DNA from: an uncultured Muribaculaceae bacterium
GTDB taxonomy: Bacteria; Bacteroidota; Bacteroidia; Bacteroidales; Muribaculaceae
Length of the DNA stretch: 64,000 nucleotides
Assembly: GCA_910584545.1 (NCBI GenBank)
Contig: CAJUBC010000006.1
Span: 2,225 to 66,224 of the forward strand
Direction of reading: 5' to 3'
Below the pieces are notes generated by a model. The model was not told where the DNA came from and did not search any database. It saw nothing but the letters and a program-made list of their open reading frames with translations. Position 1 is the stretch's first letter. Each line of letters opens with the position of its first letter. Shown piece by piece: positions 20,376-27,698 of this stretch. The position numbers and the translations under genes are program-made.

Positions 20376-20611
20376 GCCGCGAGCAAAGCCCGCGGCACCG
20401 AACCGCCATCCGGCTGCCCGGCTGCCTTCTCCGGCTCTGCCCGGCTGCCTTCTCCAGCTCTGCCCGGCTGCCTTCTCCGGCTCTGCCCGGCTGCTTGCGG
20501 CTTTCTTCGGTGAGGCTTTGCCGCGCAGCTTTGGCTGCCGGATGGCGGTTCAGTGCCGGCGGCTTAGCCGCCGGTTTGCCCGGCTTTGCTGCAGGGATGC
20601 CCCGGCTTTGC
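20360..20611. repeat. REP/REPIN-like inverted-repeat element enclosing a 23-bp tandem array
   Basis: 20383-20418 is the reverse complement of 20533-20568 (31/36 nt). Each arm carries its own GC hairpin. Unit ctgcccggctgccttctcc(g/a)gct occurs about 3.5 times at 20414-20494. Confidence 0.75.
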
Positions 20612-20654
20612 GCTTTTTCTCTCCCTTGCTCTTGCTTTTTTCGCTTTTTGTGCT

Positions 20655-20662
20655 TATTTTTG
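20655..20662 (+). promoter_or_regulatory. -7 promoter element (TATTTTTG) for the HUH nuclease gene
   Basis: TAnnTTTG match about 30 nt before ATG 20691, with TTG about 20 nt further upstream. Confidence 0.5.
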
Positions 20663-20690
20663 CCCGAAATCTTGGTAATTGTTTGTGTTT

Positions 20691-21656
20691 ATGAGTGATG
20701 GCGAGGTCCGGTATCAGGTCAGGCCTAATCTTTTGCGGAGGGCTAATTGGCATGACTATACTTCCAGGTGCATCTATATGATCACGCTGGTAAAGTCTCC
20801 GCATGTCCCTGAGCTCGCTTCCATCATCCACCCTTCTCCGGATATTTACCGCTCCGAGCGCACCGAGGCCGGACTGGTGGCTTCCCGCTTTCTTGAGTCG
20901 ATGTTCAGGTTTCATGAGGCGTTGAAGGTCTGGAAGTATGTCGTGATGCCGGACCATGTCCATTTTGAGCTGTTCGTCGAGCGTGAGCTTCCTTATCCTG
21001 TCGGCCGGTTTATCGGCGAGTTGAAGGCATCCTGCACTACCGCCTGGCGCGAGCGGACAGGTCGCGGCGAGCCTTTCTTCAGCCCCGGTTTCCATGATAG
21101 GATTGTGTCGCATCAGGGGCAGGCCGCCATTCTGCGGAAATATATTGCCGACAATCCCCGTCGCCTCTGGATAAAGCGCCATAATCCGGATCTGTTCATG
21201 CGCCGCCATCGCCTCTCTATCGCCGGTCAGGAATATGAGGCTATCGGCAATATCTTTCTCCTTGACGATATGGATCTGCAGGCAGTGCGTATAAGCCGGC
21301 GCTTCTCGCCGGAGGAACTGCGCGGGCGCAAGCTCTGCTGGCTGCGCACCATAGAGAACGGCGGAGTCCTCGTCTCGCCGTTCATCAGCGCTGCCGAAAA
21401 GCGGGTCCGTGATTATGCCTTCGCCAATGACGGGCGGCTGATACTGATAGAGCAGAATGGATTCAGCCCGCGCTATAAGCCAACAGGCCAGTATTTCGAT
21501 TTGTGCGCGGCGGGGCGGTTGCTGATGATCGCTCCGGTGGAATACAGCACAGCTAAAATCGAGCTTACGCGCGACTGGTGTCTGCGCCATAACGGACTCG
21601 CGGAGCAGATAGCGGCGCGAAACTGCCGGCTAACCGGCGAGGTAGGCTTTGTATGA
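20691..21656 (+). CDS. RAYT/IS200-like Y1 HUH nuclease (transposase) fused to a C-terminal DprA/Smf (SLOG)-like domain
   Basis: N-terminal part: 'RRANWHDY...YMITL', HUH 'YVVMPDHVH', 'GFHDRIV' and catalytic-Tyr motif 'KYIADNP'. C-terminal part: 'GNIFLL..AVRISRR..GVLVSPFISAAEK..LILI..GRLLMIAP..TRDWCLRHN'. Confidence 0.8.
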   Translation: MSDGEVRYQVRPNLLRRANWHDYTSRCIYMITLVKSPHVPELASIIHPSPDIYRSERTEAGLVASRFLESMFRFHEALKVWKYVVMPDHVHFELFVERELPYPVGRFIGELKASCTTAWRERTGRGEPFFSPGFHDRIVSHQGQAAILRKYIADNPRRLWIKRHNPDLFMRRHRLSIAGQEYEAIGNIFLLDDMDLQAVRISRRFSPEELRGRKLCWLRTIENGGVLVSPFISAAEKRVRDYAFANDGRLILIEQNGFSPRYKPTGQYFDLCAAGRLLMIAPVEYSTAKIELTRDWCLRHNGLAEQIAARNCRLTGEVGFV

Positions 21657-22187
21657 CATGGCTTCGCGCCGCGTGGCGGGGCGCTCTTTGCGCGCGGGGC
21701 GTTTGCTCATCAGCGCGTCGAGGCTGAAGAGGCCCGGTCCGGCTATGGCTACCGTCGCGTAGAGGAGCGCGGAGAGGATGGCGGTCTCGTCGAGGGCTCC
21801 GGCGAGTACTGCCACTATCGCCTGTCGGGCGGCTATGACGGTTGCGGCCGTATTGACCGGACGCGTCATGAATCCGATTATGGTGGAGGCTCCGGCTGCT
21901 ATGGCCACTATCGCGGGAAAAGTCATGCCTCCGGTCGATGCGAAGAGAGCGACGGCGATGAGGATGCTTCCGACCACCAACCGGATGACAAGCATTTTCT
22001 TTGAGGAAGACTTACCGGTCTTTGGTCCGACACCAAGCAGAAACTGAGCTACGGGCAAAGCACGGGGAGTTGCGGAGGTGGTGGCCAGTATGCGGCGCCC
22101 CAGAGTGCCTGGAGCGAGACTGGCCTCAAGCATCGACCCGAGGGTTTTCTGCGCGGGATTCACTGATATCACTTTCGCTCTGTTCAT
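21630..22187 (-). CDS. DoxX-like membrane protein
   Basis: Several hydrophobic helices, 'IIGFMTRP' and the DoxX-type 'GPGLFSLD' motif. Confidence 0.65.
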   Translation of the reverse strand: MNRAKVISVNPAQKTLGSMLEASLAPGTLGRRILATTSATPRALPVAQFLLGVGPKTGKSSSKKMLVIRLVVGSILIAVALFASTGGMTFPAIVAIAAGASTIIGFMTRPVNTAATVIAARQAIVAVLAGALDETAILSALLYATVAIAGPGLFSLDALMSKRPARKERPATRREAMSYKAYLAG

Positions 22188-22371
22188 AACTTAGTGGTTT
22201 TTTAGCCGATTATACGACTTATCAACAACTTGGGAGGGGTAATTGTTGCACCGAAAATAAAAAATTACCACTAAAAAATTCCATAATTACAAATTATTTC
22301 TTAAATTCGCGATAGGAACGCCGGGCAAGCCCCATTCAGCGTGTCCGGTCGCTAAGACCCCTTCCCATAAA

Positions 22372-22998
22372 ATGAAAAGAACAGGAAAACTATATTTCAG
22401 GTACGGCACGATGGGCTCGGCAAAGACTGCCCTGCTGCTCACCACTGCATATAACTTCGAGGAACGCGGCATAGCGTACAAGTGCTTCAAGCCGGTGGTC
22501 GACACCCGCGACAGGAAGAATGTGATACGCAGCCGTATCGGCATAGAGCGCGAGTGCTCCTGGATCTACTCCGACAGCAATCTCTACGACATGATCCGCG
22601 AGATAGCCCGGAATTCCGGCACCCTGCCGGAGTGGGTGCTCGTCGATGAGGCGCAGTTCCTCAGCGCGGCGCAGGTCGATGAACTTGCCCGGGCCGTGGA
22701 TGATTTCGGCATCAACGTGATCTGTTACGGCCTGCGCACGGATTTCCGTACCAATCTTTTCGAGGGTTCCCGGCGCCTTTTCGAGATTGCCGACACCATC
22801 GACGAGGTTAAGTCCACCTGTACATGCGGACGCAAGACTATAGTCAACGCCCGGGTCAATTCGCGGGGCGAGATCATCACCGAGGGAGAGGTCGTGGAGA
22901 TAGGCGGCAACGACAAGTATGTGGCCGTATGCCGCAACTGCTGGCGCAATAAGAGGATTGAGCAGATGCGAAACGGACAGCTGCCGCTCAATGTCTGA
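22372..22998 (+). CDS. tdk: Thymidine kinase
   Basis: 'YGTMGSAKT', 'VDEAQFL', 'YGLRTDF..LFEGS' and Zn-binding Cys pairs. Confidence 0.95.
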   Translation: MKRTGKLYFRYGTMGSAKTALLLTTAYNFEERGIAYKCFKPVVDTRDRKNVIRSRIGIERECSWIYSDSNLYDMIREIARNSGTLPEWVLVDEAQFLSAAQVDELARAVDDFGINVICYGLRTDFRTNLFEGSRRLFEIADTIDEVKSTCTCGRKTIVNARVNSRGEIITEGEVVEIGGNDKYVAVCRNCWRNKRIEQMRNGQLPLNV

Positions 22999-23059
22999 TT
23001 TTGATTTTTGAATTATAATTGCTGATTGCAAATTACTAATTGATAATAAGATCTATATC

Positions 23060-24334
23060 ATGAAAGAAGAACAGATAGACAGTATAATCAGGCTGATCAA
23101 GCGGGAAGTGGTTCCTGCCATCGGCTGCACCGAGCCGGCGGCGGTCTCGCTGTGCGTGGCAAAGGCAACCGAGACCCTCGGAAAACGTCCCGAGAAGATA
23201 AATCTCAGACTCAGCGGGAACATCATCAAGAACGCCATGGGAGTAGGCATCCCGGGCACCGGCATGATCGGTCTGCCGATTGCGGTGGCTCTCGGCGCTC
23301 TTGTCGGTAAGTCGGAATATGGCCTTGAGGTGCTTCGTGATGTAGACAGCGCTGCCATAGAGGCCGGCAGACAGTATATCGCCGAAGACCGGATACGGAT
23401 CGATCACCACAAGAATCCCCCGTCAATCCTTCATATAGAGGTCGAGGCTGAGGCTGATGGCCATAAGGCCTTTGCCGTCATATCCGGCTCCCATACCAAT
23501 TTCATCCGCATCGAGAAGGATGGCGAGGTTCTCTTCGAGAAGAGCTGCGATCAGGCTGCTGCCGGCGAGTGCGACGAGGAACTCAACGAGGCTGCGGTAT
23601 ATGAATTCGCGACAACCGCGCCCATTGAGAAAATCCGCTTCATCCTCGAGGCTGCGACAATGAACCGTCATGCCGCTGAACTGGCCCTCAACAAGAATTT
23701 CGGTCACTGTCTCGGAAGTGTGATCCGCAGCGATGGGCGCCGCATTTTCGGCGATACACCCCTTGAGAGAATCATTTCGACGACATCAGCCGCATGCGAC
23801 GCCCGCATGGGGGGCGCGCCGGTGGCCGTTATGTCGAACTCCGGCTCCGGCAACCAGGGAATCACCACCACTCTCCCCGTGGCCTGCTATGCCGAGGAGA
23901 TCGGTGCCGATGACGATACACTCGCCCGCGCCCTTATCCTCAGCCATCTCACCAGCATCTACATCAAGCAGAGCCTCGGACGCCTTTCGGGCCTCTGCGG
24001 ATGCGTCACCGCCTCCACCGGTGCGGCCGCCGGTGTAACCTGGCTCATGGGCGGCAAATATGACGAGGTATGCGCAGCCATCAAGAACATGGTGGCAAAT
24101 CTGACCGGCATGATATGCGACGGTGCCAAGCCCGCGTGTGCCATGAAGATCGCCTCCGGGGTGTCTACCGCAATGATGTCCGCCCTGCTTGCCATGAACG
24201 GCAAGTGCGTATCCTCGCAGGAAGGTATCGTGTGCGACGATATCGACACCACGATCCACAACCTTACCTCCATCGGCCGTGACGCCATGACTGAGACAGA
24301 CCATCTTGTCCTCGACATCATGGTCAGCAAATAA
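23060..24334 (+). CDS. UPF0597/YhaM-like L-cysteine desulfidase (Fe-S serine dehydratase alpha-like)
   Basis: 'VPAIGCTEPAAV', 'DARMGG..VMSNSGSGNQG', 'GRLSGLCGC' and 'GMICDGAKPACAMK'. Confidence 0.88.
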   Translation: MKEEQIDSIIRLIKREVVPAIGCTEPAAVSLCVAKATETLGKRPEKINLRLSGNIIKNAMGVGIPGTGMIGLPIAVALGALVGKSEYGLEVLRDVDSAAIEAGRQYIAEDRIRIDHHKNPPSILHIEVEAEADGHKAFAVISGSHTNFIRIEKDGEVLFEKSCDQAAAGECDEELNEAAVYEFATTAPIEKIRFILEAATMNRHAAELALNKNFGHCLGSVIRSDGRRIFGDTPLERIISTTSAACDARMGGAPVAVMSNSGSGNQGITTTLPVACYAEEIGADDDTLARALILSHLTSIYIKQSLGRLSGLCGCVTASTGAAAGVTWLMGGKYDEVCAAIKNMVANLTGMICDGAKPACAMKIASGVSTAMMSALLAMNGKCVSSQEGIVCDDIDTTIHNLTSIGRDAMTETDHLVLDIMVSK

Positions 24335-24343
24335 ATGAACCCT

Positions 24344-24386
24344 AAACGCGGAACGCGGGAAACCTTACCATGCGTTCCGCGTTTTT
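24344..24386 (+). terminator. Intrinsic terminator-like hairpin
   Basis: aaacgcggaacgc ... gcgttccgcgttttt. Confidence 0.65.
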
Positions 24387-24404
24387 ATATTTGAACGAAT
24401 CCAG

Positions 24405-25412
24405 ATGAAAAAGAAAAGCACCCCTATAGTAGCCCTCGCCGGCATCCTCGCCTTCGCTTTCGGTTCCTGCCGTAAGGAGAGCGAACTGACAGTGAACTTC
24501 CCCTCCAAGTTCGAGGGAAAAAGTGTGGAATTAATCAGTCTTCTCGACTCTGTGTGCGTCGACAGCGCAACGGTGTCAGAAGGTGTGGCGCGTTTCTCTG
24601 TGTCTTCCGGCGACAGGCCGGTCTTCATGCAGGTGATGGTTGACGGCCGGGTGCGGGCCTACTATGTGTCGGAACCGGGCCATGCCGTGGCCGACACCTT
24701 GGGCAATGTGACCGGTACGCCGCTCAACGACAAGGTGTCGGAGCTGATGCTTCAGCTGGATTCAGTGGAGAATCTCGAGGACCCGCGGGCCTATCCTGAA
24801 TTTGTCGAGCGGATGTACAATGAGAACAAGGACAACGTGATAGGGGATTACCTCGGCGTGGAATGGCTCAAATGGGCGGCTCCCGAGCGCGTTGACAGCA
24901 TGCTCGCCGTAGCGCCCGAGGCTTTCCGCACAGCGCGCCGCGTGAAATATTACGAAGCGTTCGCCCGGCACCGCGCGGCCACAGCCCCGGGCAGGAAGTA
25001 TATCGATTTCAAGGGTGAGACCGAGAAGGGCGTTCCACAGAACCTCTCCGCACTTGTGAAGCCGGGCCGATACACTCTGGTGGACTTCTGGGCGAGCTGG
25101 TGCCCATACTGCATCAAGGAATTGCCCGCTCTCGCCGAGCTGCGTGAGAAATATTCCGGCAAGGGATTCGAGATCGTCAGCGTGGCAGTGCGCGACACCA
25201 CCGAGGACACCAAGGTGATGGTGAAGAAGCGCGGTATAGACTGGCCGGTACTCTACAACACGCAGAAGGTGCCTTACGATATCTATGGCTTTACGGGAAT
25301 CCCGCACCTGATGCTTATCGGCCCCGACGGCACAATCATCTCGCGTGGCGAAAGCCCCGCGCAGATCGACGCGCGCCTGCAGGGTCTACTTTCCGATAAT
25401 GCCGGAAAGTAA
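24405..25412 (+). CDS. TlpA-family thiol:disulfide oxidoreductase lipoprotein
   Basis: Lipobox FGSC, 'VDFWASWCPYC' and 'GIPHLMLIGPDG'. Confidence 0.88.
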   Translation: MKKKSTPIVALAGILAFAFGSCRKESELTVNFPSKFEGKSVELISLLDSVCVDSATVSEGVARFSVSSGDRPVFMQVMVDGRVRAYYVSEPGHAVADTLGNVTGTPLNDKVSELMLQLDSVENLEDPRAYPEFVERMYNENKDNVIGDYLGVEWLKWAAPERVDSMLAVAPEAFRTARRVKYYEAFARHRAATAPGRKYIDFKGETEKGVPQNLSALVKPGRYTLVDFWASWCPYCIKELPALAELREKYSGKGFEIVSVAVRDTTEDTKVMVKKRGIDWPVLYNTQKVPYDIYGFTGIPHLMLIGPDGTIISRGESPAQIDARLQGLLSDNAGK

Positions 25413-25457
25413 TGACATAGCGATAACTATTTAAAAATCAATTAACTCCAAAATACT

Positions 25458-27134
25458 ATGGAATCCACTAAAGACTACGGCCCGCGCTCACTCAACGCGC
25501 TGATTCATAAGGCAGTCACTGACAACTGGGACCGCATGGCCCTCACCGACATGGGAGGGATGAACTATCAGTACAAGGATGTGGCCCTCTGGATAGAGAA
25601 GCTGCACATCATCTTTGAGGAGGCCGGTGTCGGCAAGGGGGACAAGGTGGCGATATGCGGCAGGAATTCCTCCAACTGGGCGGTGGTGTTCCTCTCCTGT
25701 CTCACGGCTGGAGTCGTGGCCGTGCCTATCCTCCATGAGTTCAAGGCCGACACCATCCATCATCTCGTGAACCACTGCGACGCTAAGCTGCTTTTCGTGG
25801 ACGCCGCCATCTGGGAGGACCTCGACGAGAAACTCCTGCCCGGACTTACCGGCGCGATCTATATCAGTGAGTTCGGAATGCCCCTCTCCCGCAGCGAGCG
25901 TCTCACAGATGCGCGCAACAACCTCAATACCCTCTTCGGCAGGCGCTATCCCTCCAATTTCACCAAGGAGAATGTCGACTATTTCCACGACACCCCGGAG
26001 GATCTCGCCATCATCAACTACACCTCCGGCTCAACCGGAATGTCGAAGGGCGTGATGCTGCCGTTCCTCAGCATCTGGAGCAACATCCGCTACTGTCTTG
26101 ACAACCTCCTTTTCCTGAAGCCGGGCGACGGCATGGTCAACATGCTGCCGCTCGCCCACCTCTACGGCATGGTCATCGAGATGCTCAACCCCTTCTGCCA
26201 TGGATGCCACTGCCATTTCCTTACTCGCGTTCCCTCTCCGAAGATCATCCTCGCGGCGTTCGCCGAGGTGAAGCCGAAGATGATCATCACGGTACCGCTT
26301 ATCCTGGAGAAGATCATACGCAACAGGGTGTTCCCCATGCTTGAGAAACCGCTGATGAAGTTCCTGCTGAAAGTGCCCTTCGTCGACGACCGTCTGCTTG
26401 CCAAAGTGAAGGATGGCCTCATGGAGGCGTTCGGCGGCAATCTTGTGGAGATCATCATCGGCGGGGCGCCGCTAAACGCCGATATCGAGTCTTTCCTATA
26501 CAGGATCGGTTTCCCTGTCACTGTGGGTTACGGTATGACAGAATGCGGTCCGCTCATCACCTACGCACCGGCATGGGAGTCGAAGCCGCGTACCGTAGGA
26601 CGCGTGGTGGACCGTATGGAGGCCCGCATTGATTCCGTCGATCCGTTGACTGTCCCAGGCAATATCCTCGTCAAGGGAGACAACGTGATGAAGGGTTACT
26701 ACAAGAACGAGAAGGCCACACGCGAGGTCTTCCCCGATGATTCCGGCTGGATGAATACCGGAGACATGGGACTTTTCGACGAGGAGGGATATGTCACCGT
26801 ATGCGGACGCTCCAAGACCATGATTCTCGGAGCGTCGGGCCAGAACATCTATCCCGAGGAAATCGAGCAGAAGCTCAACAACCTGCCGTATGTCAACGAG
26901 TCGCTGGTGATAGATGACGGCGGGGCGCTCGTGGCCCTTGTGCATCCCGATTTCGATTCGGCCCGCGCGCAGGACATCGATCAGGAAAACTTATCCCGCA
27001 TAATGGACCAGAACCTCGCCCAGCTCAACAGCGAGATGCCTGCCTACAGTAAGGTGAAGCGCATCAAGATCATGGAGGAAGAGTTCGAGAAAACCCCGAA
27101 ACGTTCCATCAAGCGCTTCCTCTACCAGCCCTGA
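25458..27134 (+). CDS. Long-chain fatty acid-CoA ligase (AMP-binding)
   Basis: 'YTSGSTGMSKG', 'GYGMTECGP', 'NTGDMG' and 'GQNIYPEEIE'. Confidence 0.92.
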   Translation: MESTKDYGPRSLNALIHKAVTDNWDRMALTDMGGMNYQYKDVALWIEKLHIIFEEAGVGKGDKVAICGRNSSNWAVVFLSCLTAGVVAVPILHEFKADTIHHLVNHCDAKLLFVDAAIWEDLDEKLLPGLTGAIYISEFGMPLSRSERLTDARNNLNTLFGRRYPSNFTKENVDYFHDTPEDLAIINYTSGSTGMSKGVMLPFLSIWSNIRYCLDNLLFLKPGDGMVNMLPLAHLYGMVIEMLNPFCHGCHCHFLTRVPSPKIILAAFAEVKPKMIITVPLILEKIIRNRVFPMLEKPLMKFLLKVPFVDDRLLAKVKDGLMEAFGGNLVEIIIGGAPLNADIESFLYRIGFPVTVGYGMTECGPLITYAPAWESKPRTVGRVVDRMEARIDSVDPLTVPGNILVKGDNVMKGYYKNEKATREVFPDDSGWMNTGDMGLFDEEGYVTVCGRSKTMILGASGQNIYPEEIEQKLNNLPYVNESLVIDDGGALVALVHPDFDSARAQDIDQENLSRIMDQNLAQLNSEMPAYSKVKRIKIMEEEFEKTPKRSIKRFLYQP

Positions 27135-27184
27135 TACGTCGGTTCATTCGGCAGAGATCAGGCCTCTGCATGCATACAAAAAGT

Positions 27185-27218
27185 AATCCGGCTTCCCGAA
27201 AGAGGCCGGATTCCTTTT
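27185..27218. terminator. Terminator between the acyl-CoA ligase gene and tRNA-Leu
   Basis: aatccggc...gccggatt hairpin flanked by A- and T-runs between convergent genes. Confidence 0.6.
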
Positions 27219-27219
27219 G

Positions 27220-27301
27220 TGCGCGTGATAGGACTCGAACCTACACGACTTTCGTCACCAGATCCTAAGTCTGGCGCGGCTACCAATTACGCCACACGCG
27301 C
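27220..27301 (-). tRNA. tRNA-Leu (anticodon TAG)
   Basis: Minus strand reads gcgcgtgtggcgtaattggtagccgcg ccaga ct TAG ga tctgg, then a long variable arm (gacgaaagtc), gtaggttcgagtcctat and cacgcgca. CCA is not encoded. Confidence 0.95.
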
Positions 27302-27313
27302 TGGTTTCGGCTG

Positions 27314-27345
27314 CAAAGATAGCAAAAATATCCTTTGCAGCCAAA
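27314..27345 (-). promoter_or_regulatory. Bacteroidetes sigma-70 promoter of tRNA-Leu
   Basis: Minus strand TTTG-N20-TATCTTTG. Confidence 0.7.
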
Positions 27346-27353
27346 ACTTTTTA

Positions 27354-27647
27354 TCATATTGTCTGTGTCACGGGCCAGACGAAGGCGCGCAGACCGAGTT
27401 TCGGCTTGGCGTCGTCGAGGGCCTTGAGGCGGTCGAGGAGGGGCTGGAGCCTTTCGTCCTCCACCATCGTCAGCATCGCCTGGGCGAGTGCCGGCCAGGC
27501 GTGGGTGCCGTAATGCGGGTCGCCGGTTTTGGATCCACGCCCCTGGACTTCGCCGAAACTGGTGAAGCCCCGGCAGCTCGAGCGGTCGAGCGCGTCGATT
27601 ATGTTCTCGTGGTGGGCCTGGTCGTATGCTATGAAAACTGCTTGCAT
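27354..27647 (-). CDS. PG0541-family transporter-associated (P-II-like) small protein
   Basis: 'RGFTSFGEVQGRGSKTGDPHYGTHAWP' and 'GLRAFVW'. Lies directly downstream of the RND permease. Confidence 0.8.
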   Translation of the reverse strand: MQAVFIAYDQAHHENIIDALDRSSCRGFTSFGEVQGRGSKTGDPHYGTHAWPALAQAMLTMVEDERLQPLLDRLKALDDAKPKLGLRAFVWPVTQTI

Positions 27648-27698
27648 CTTTTTTGGTATATTTAGGAGAGGAAGACCGGAGCCTCCCTCTCCGGGTTA

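Noticed and set aside
20414..20494. CRISPR array
   Set aside because: The 23-bp units are directly adjacent with no unique spacers, and there are no cas genes in the window.
19859..20698. 279-aa ORF spanning nth and the repeat region
   Set aside because: Alternative frame of nth, extended only because the A-poor repeat tract cannot form stop codons.
20550..21590. 346-aa minus-strand ORF opposite the HUH nuclease
   Set aside because: No recognisable motifs. It is an antisense shadow of a gene with clear catalytic motifs.
20691..21656. Canonical IS200/IS605 element with tnpB
   Set aside because: There is no tnpB/RuvC or Zn-finger ORF and no right-end hairpin region. The C-terminal extension does not resemble TnpB.
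27220..27260. tRNA-Leu as an integration site (att duplication)
   Set aside because: No second copy of the tRNA 3' end and no integrase were seen in the window.
27219..27665. 148-aa plus-strand ORF
   Set aside because: It overlaps tRNA-Leu and the PG0541-family gene on the opposite strand.
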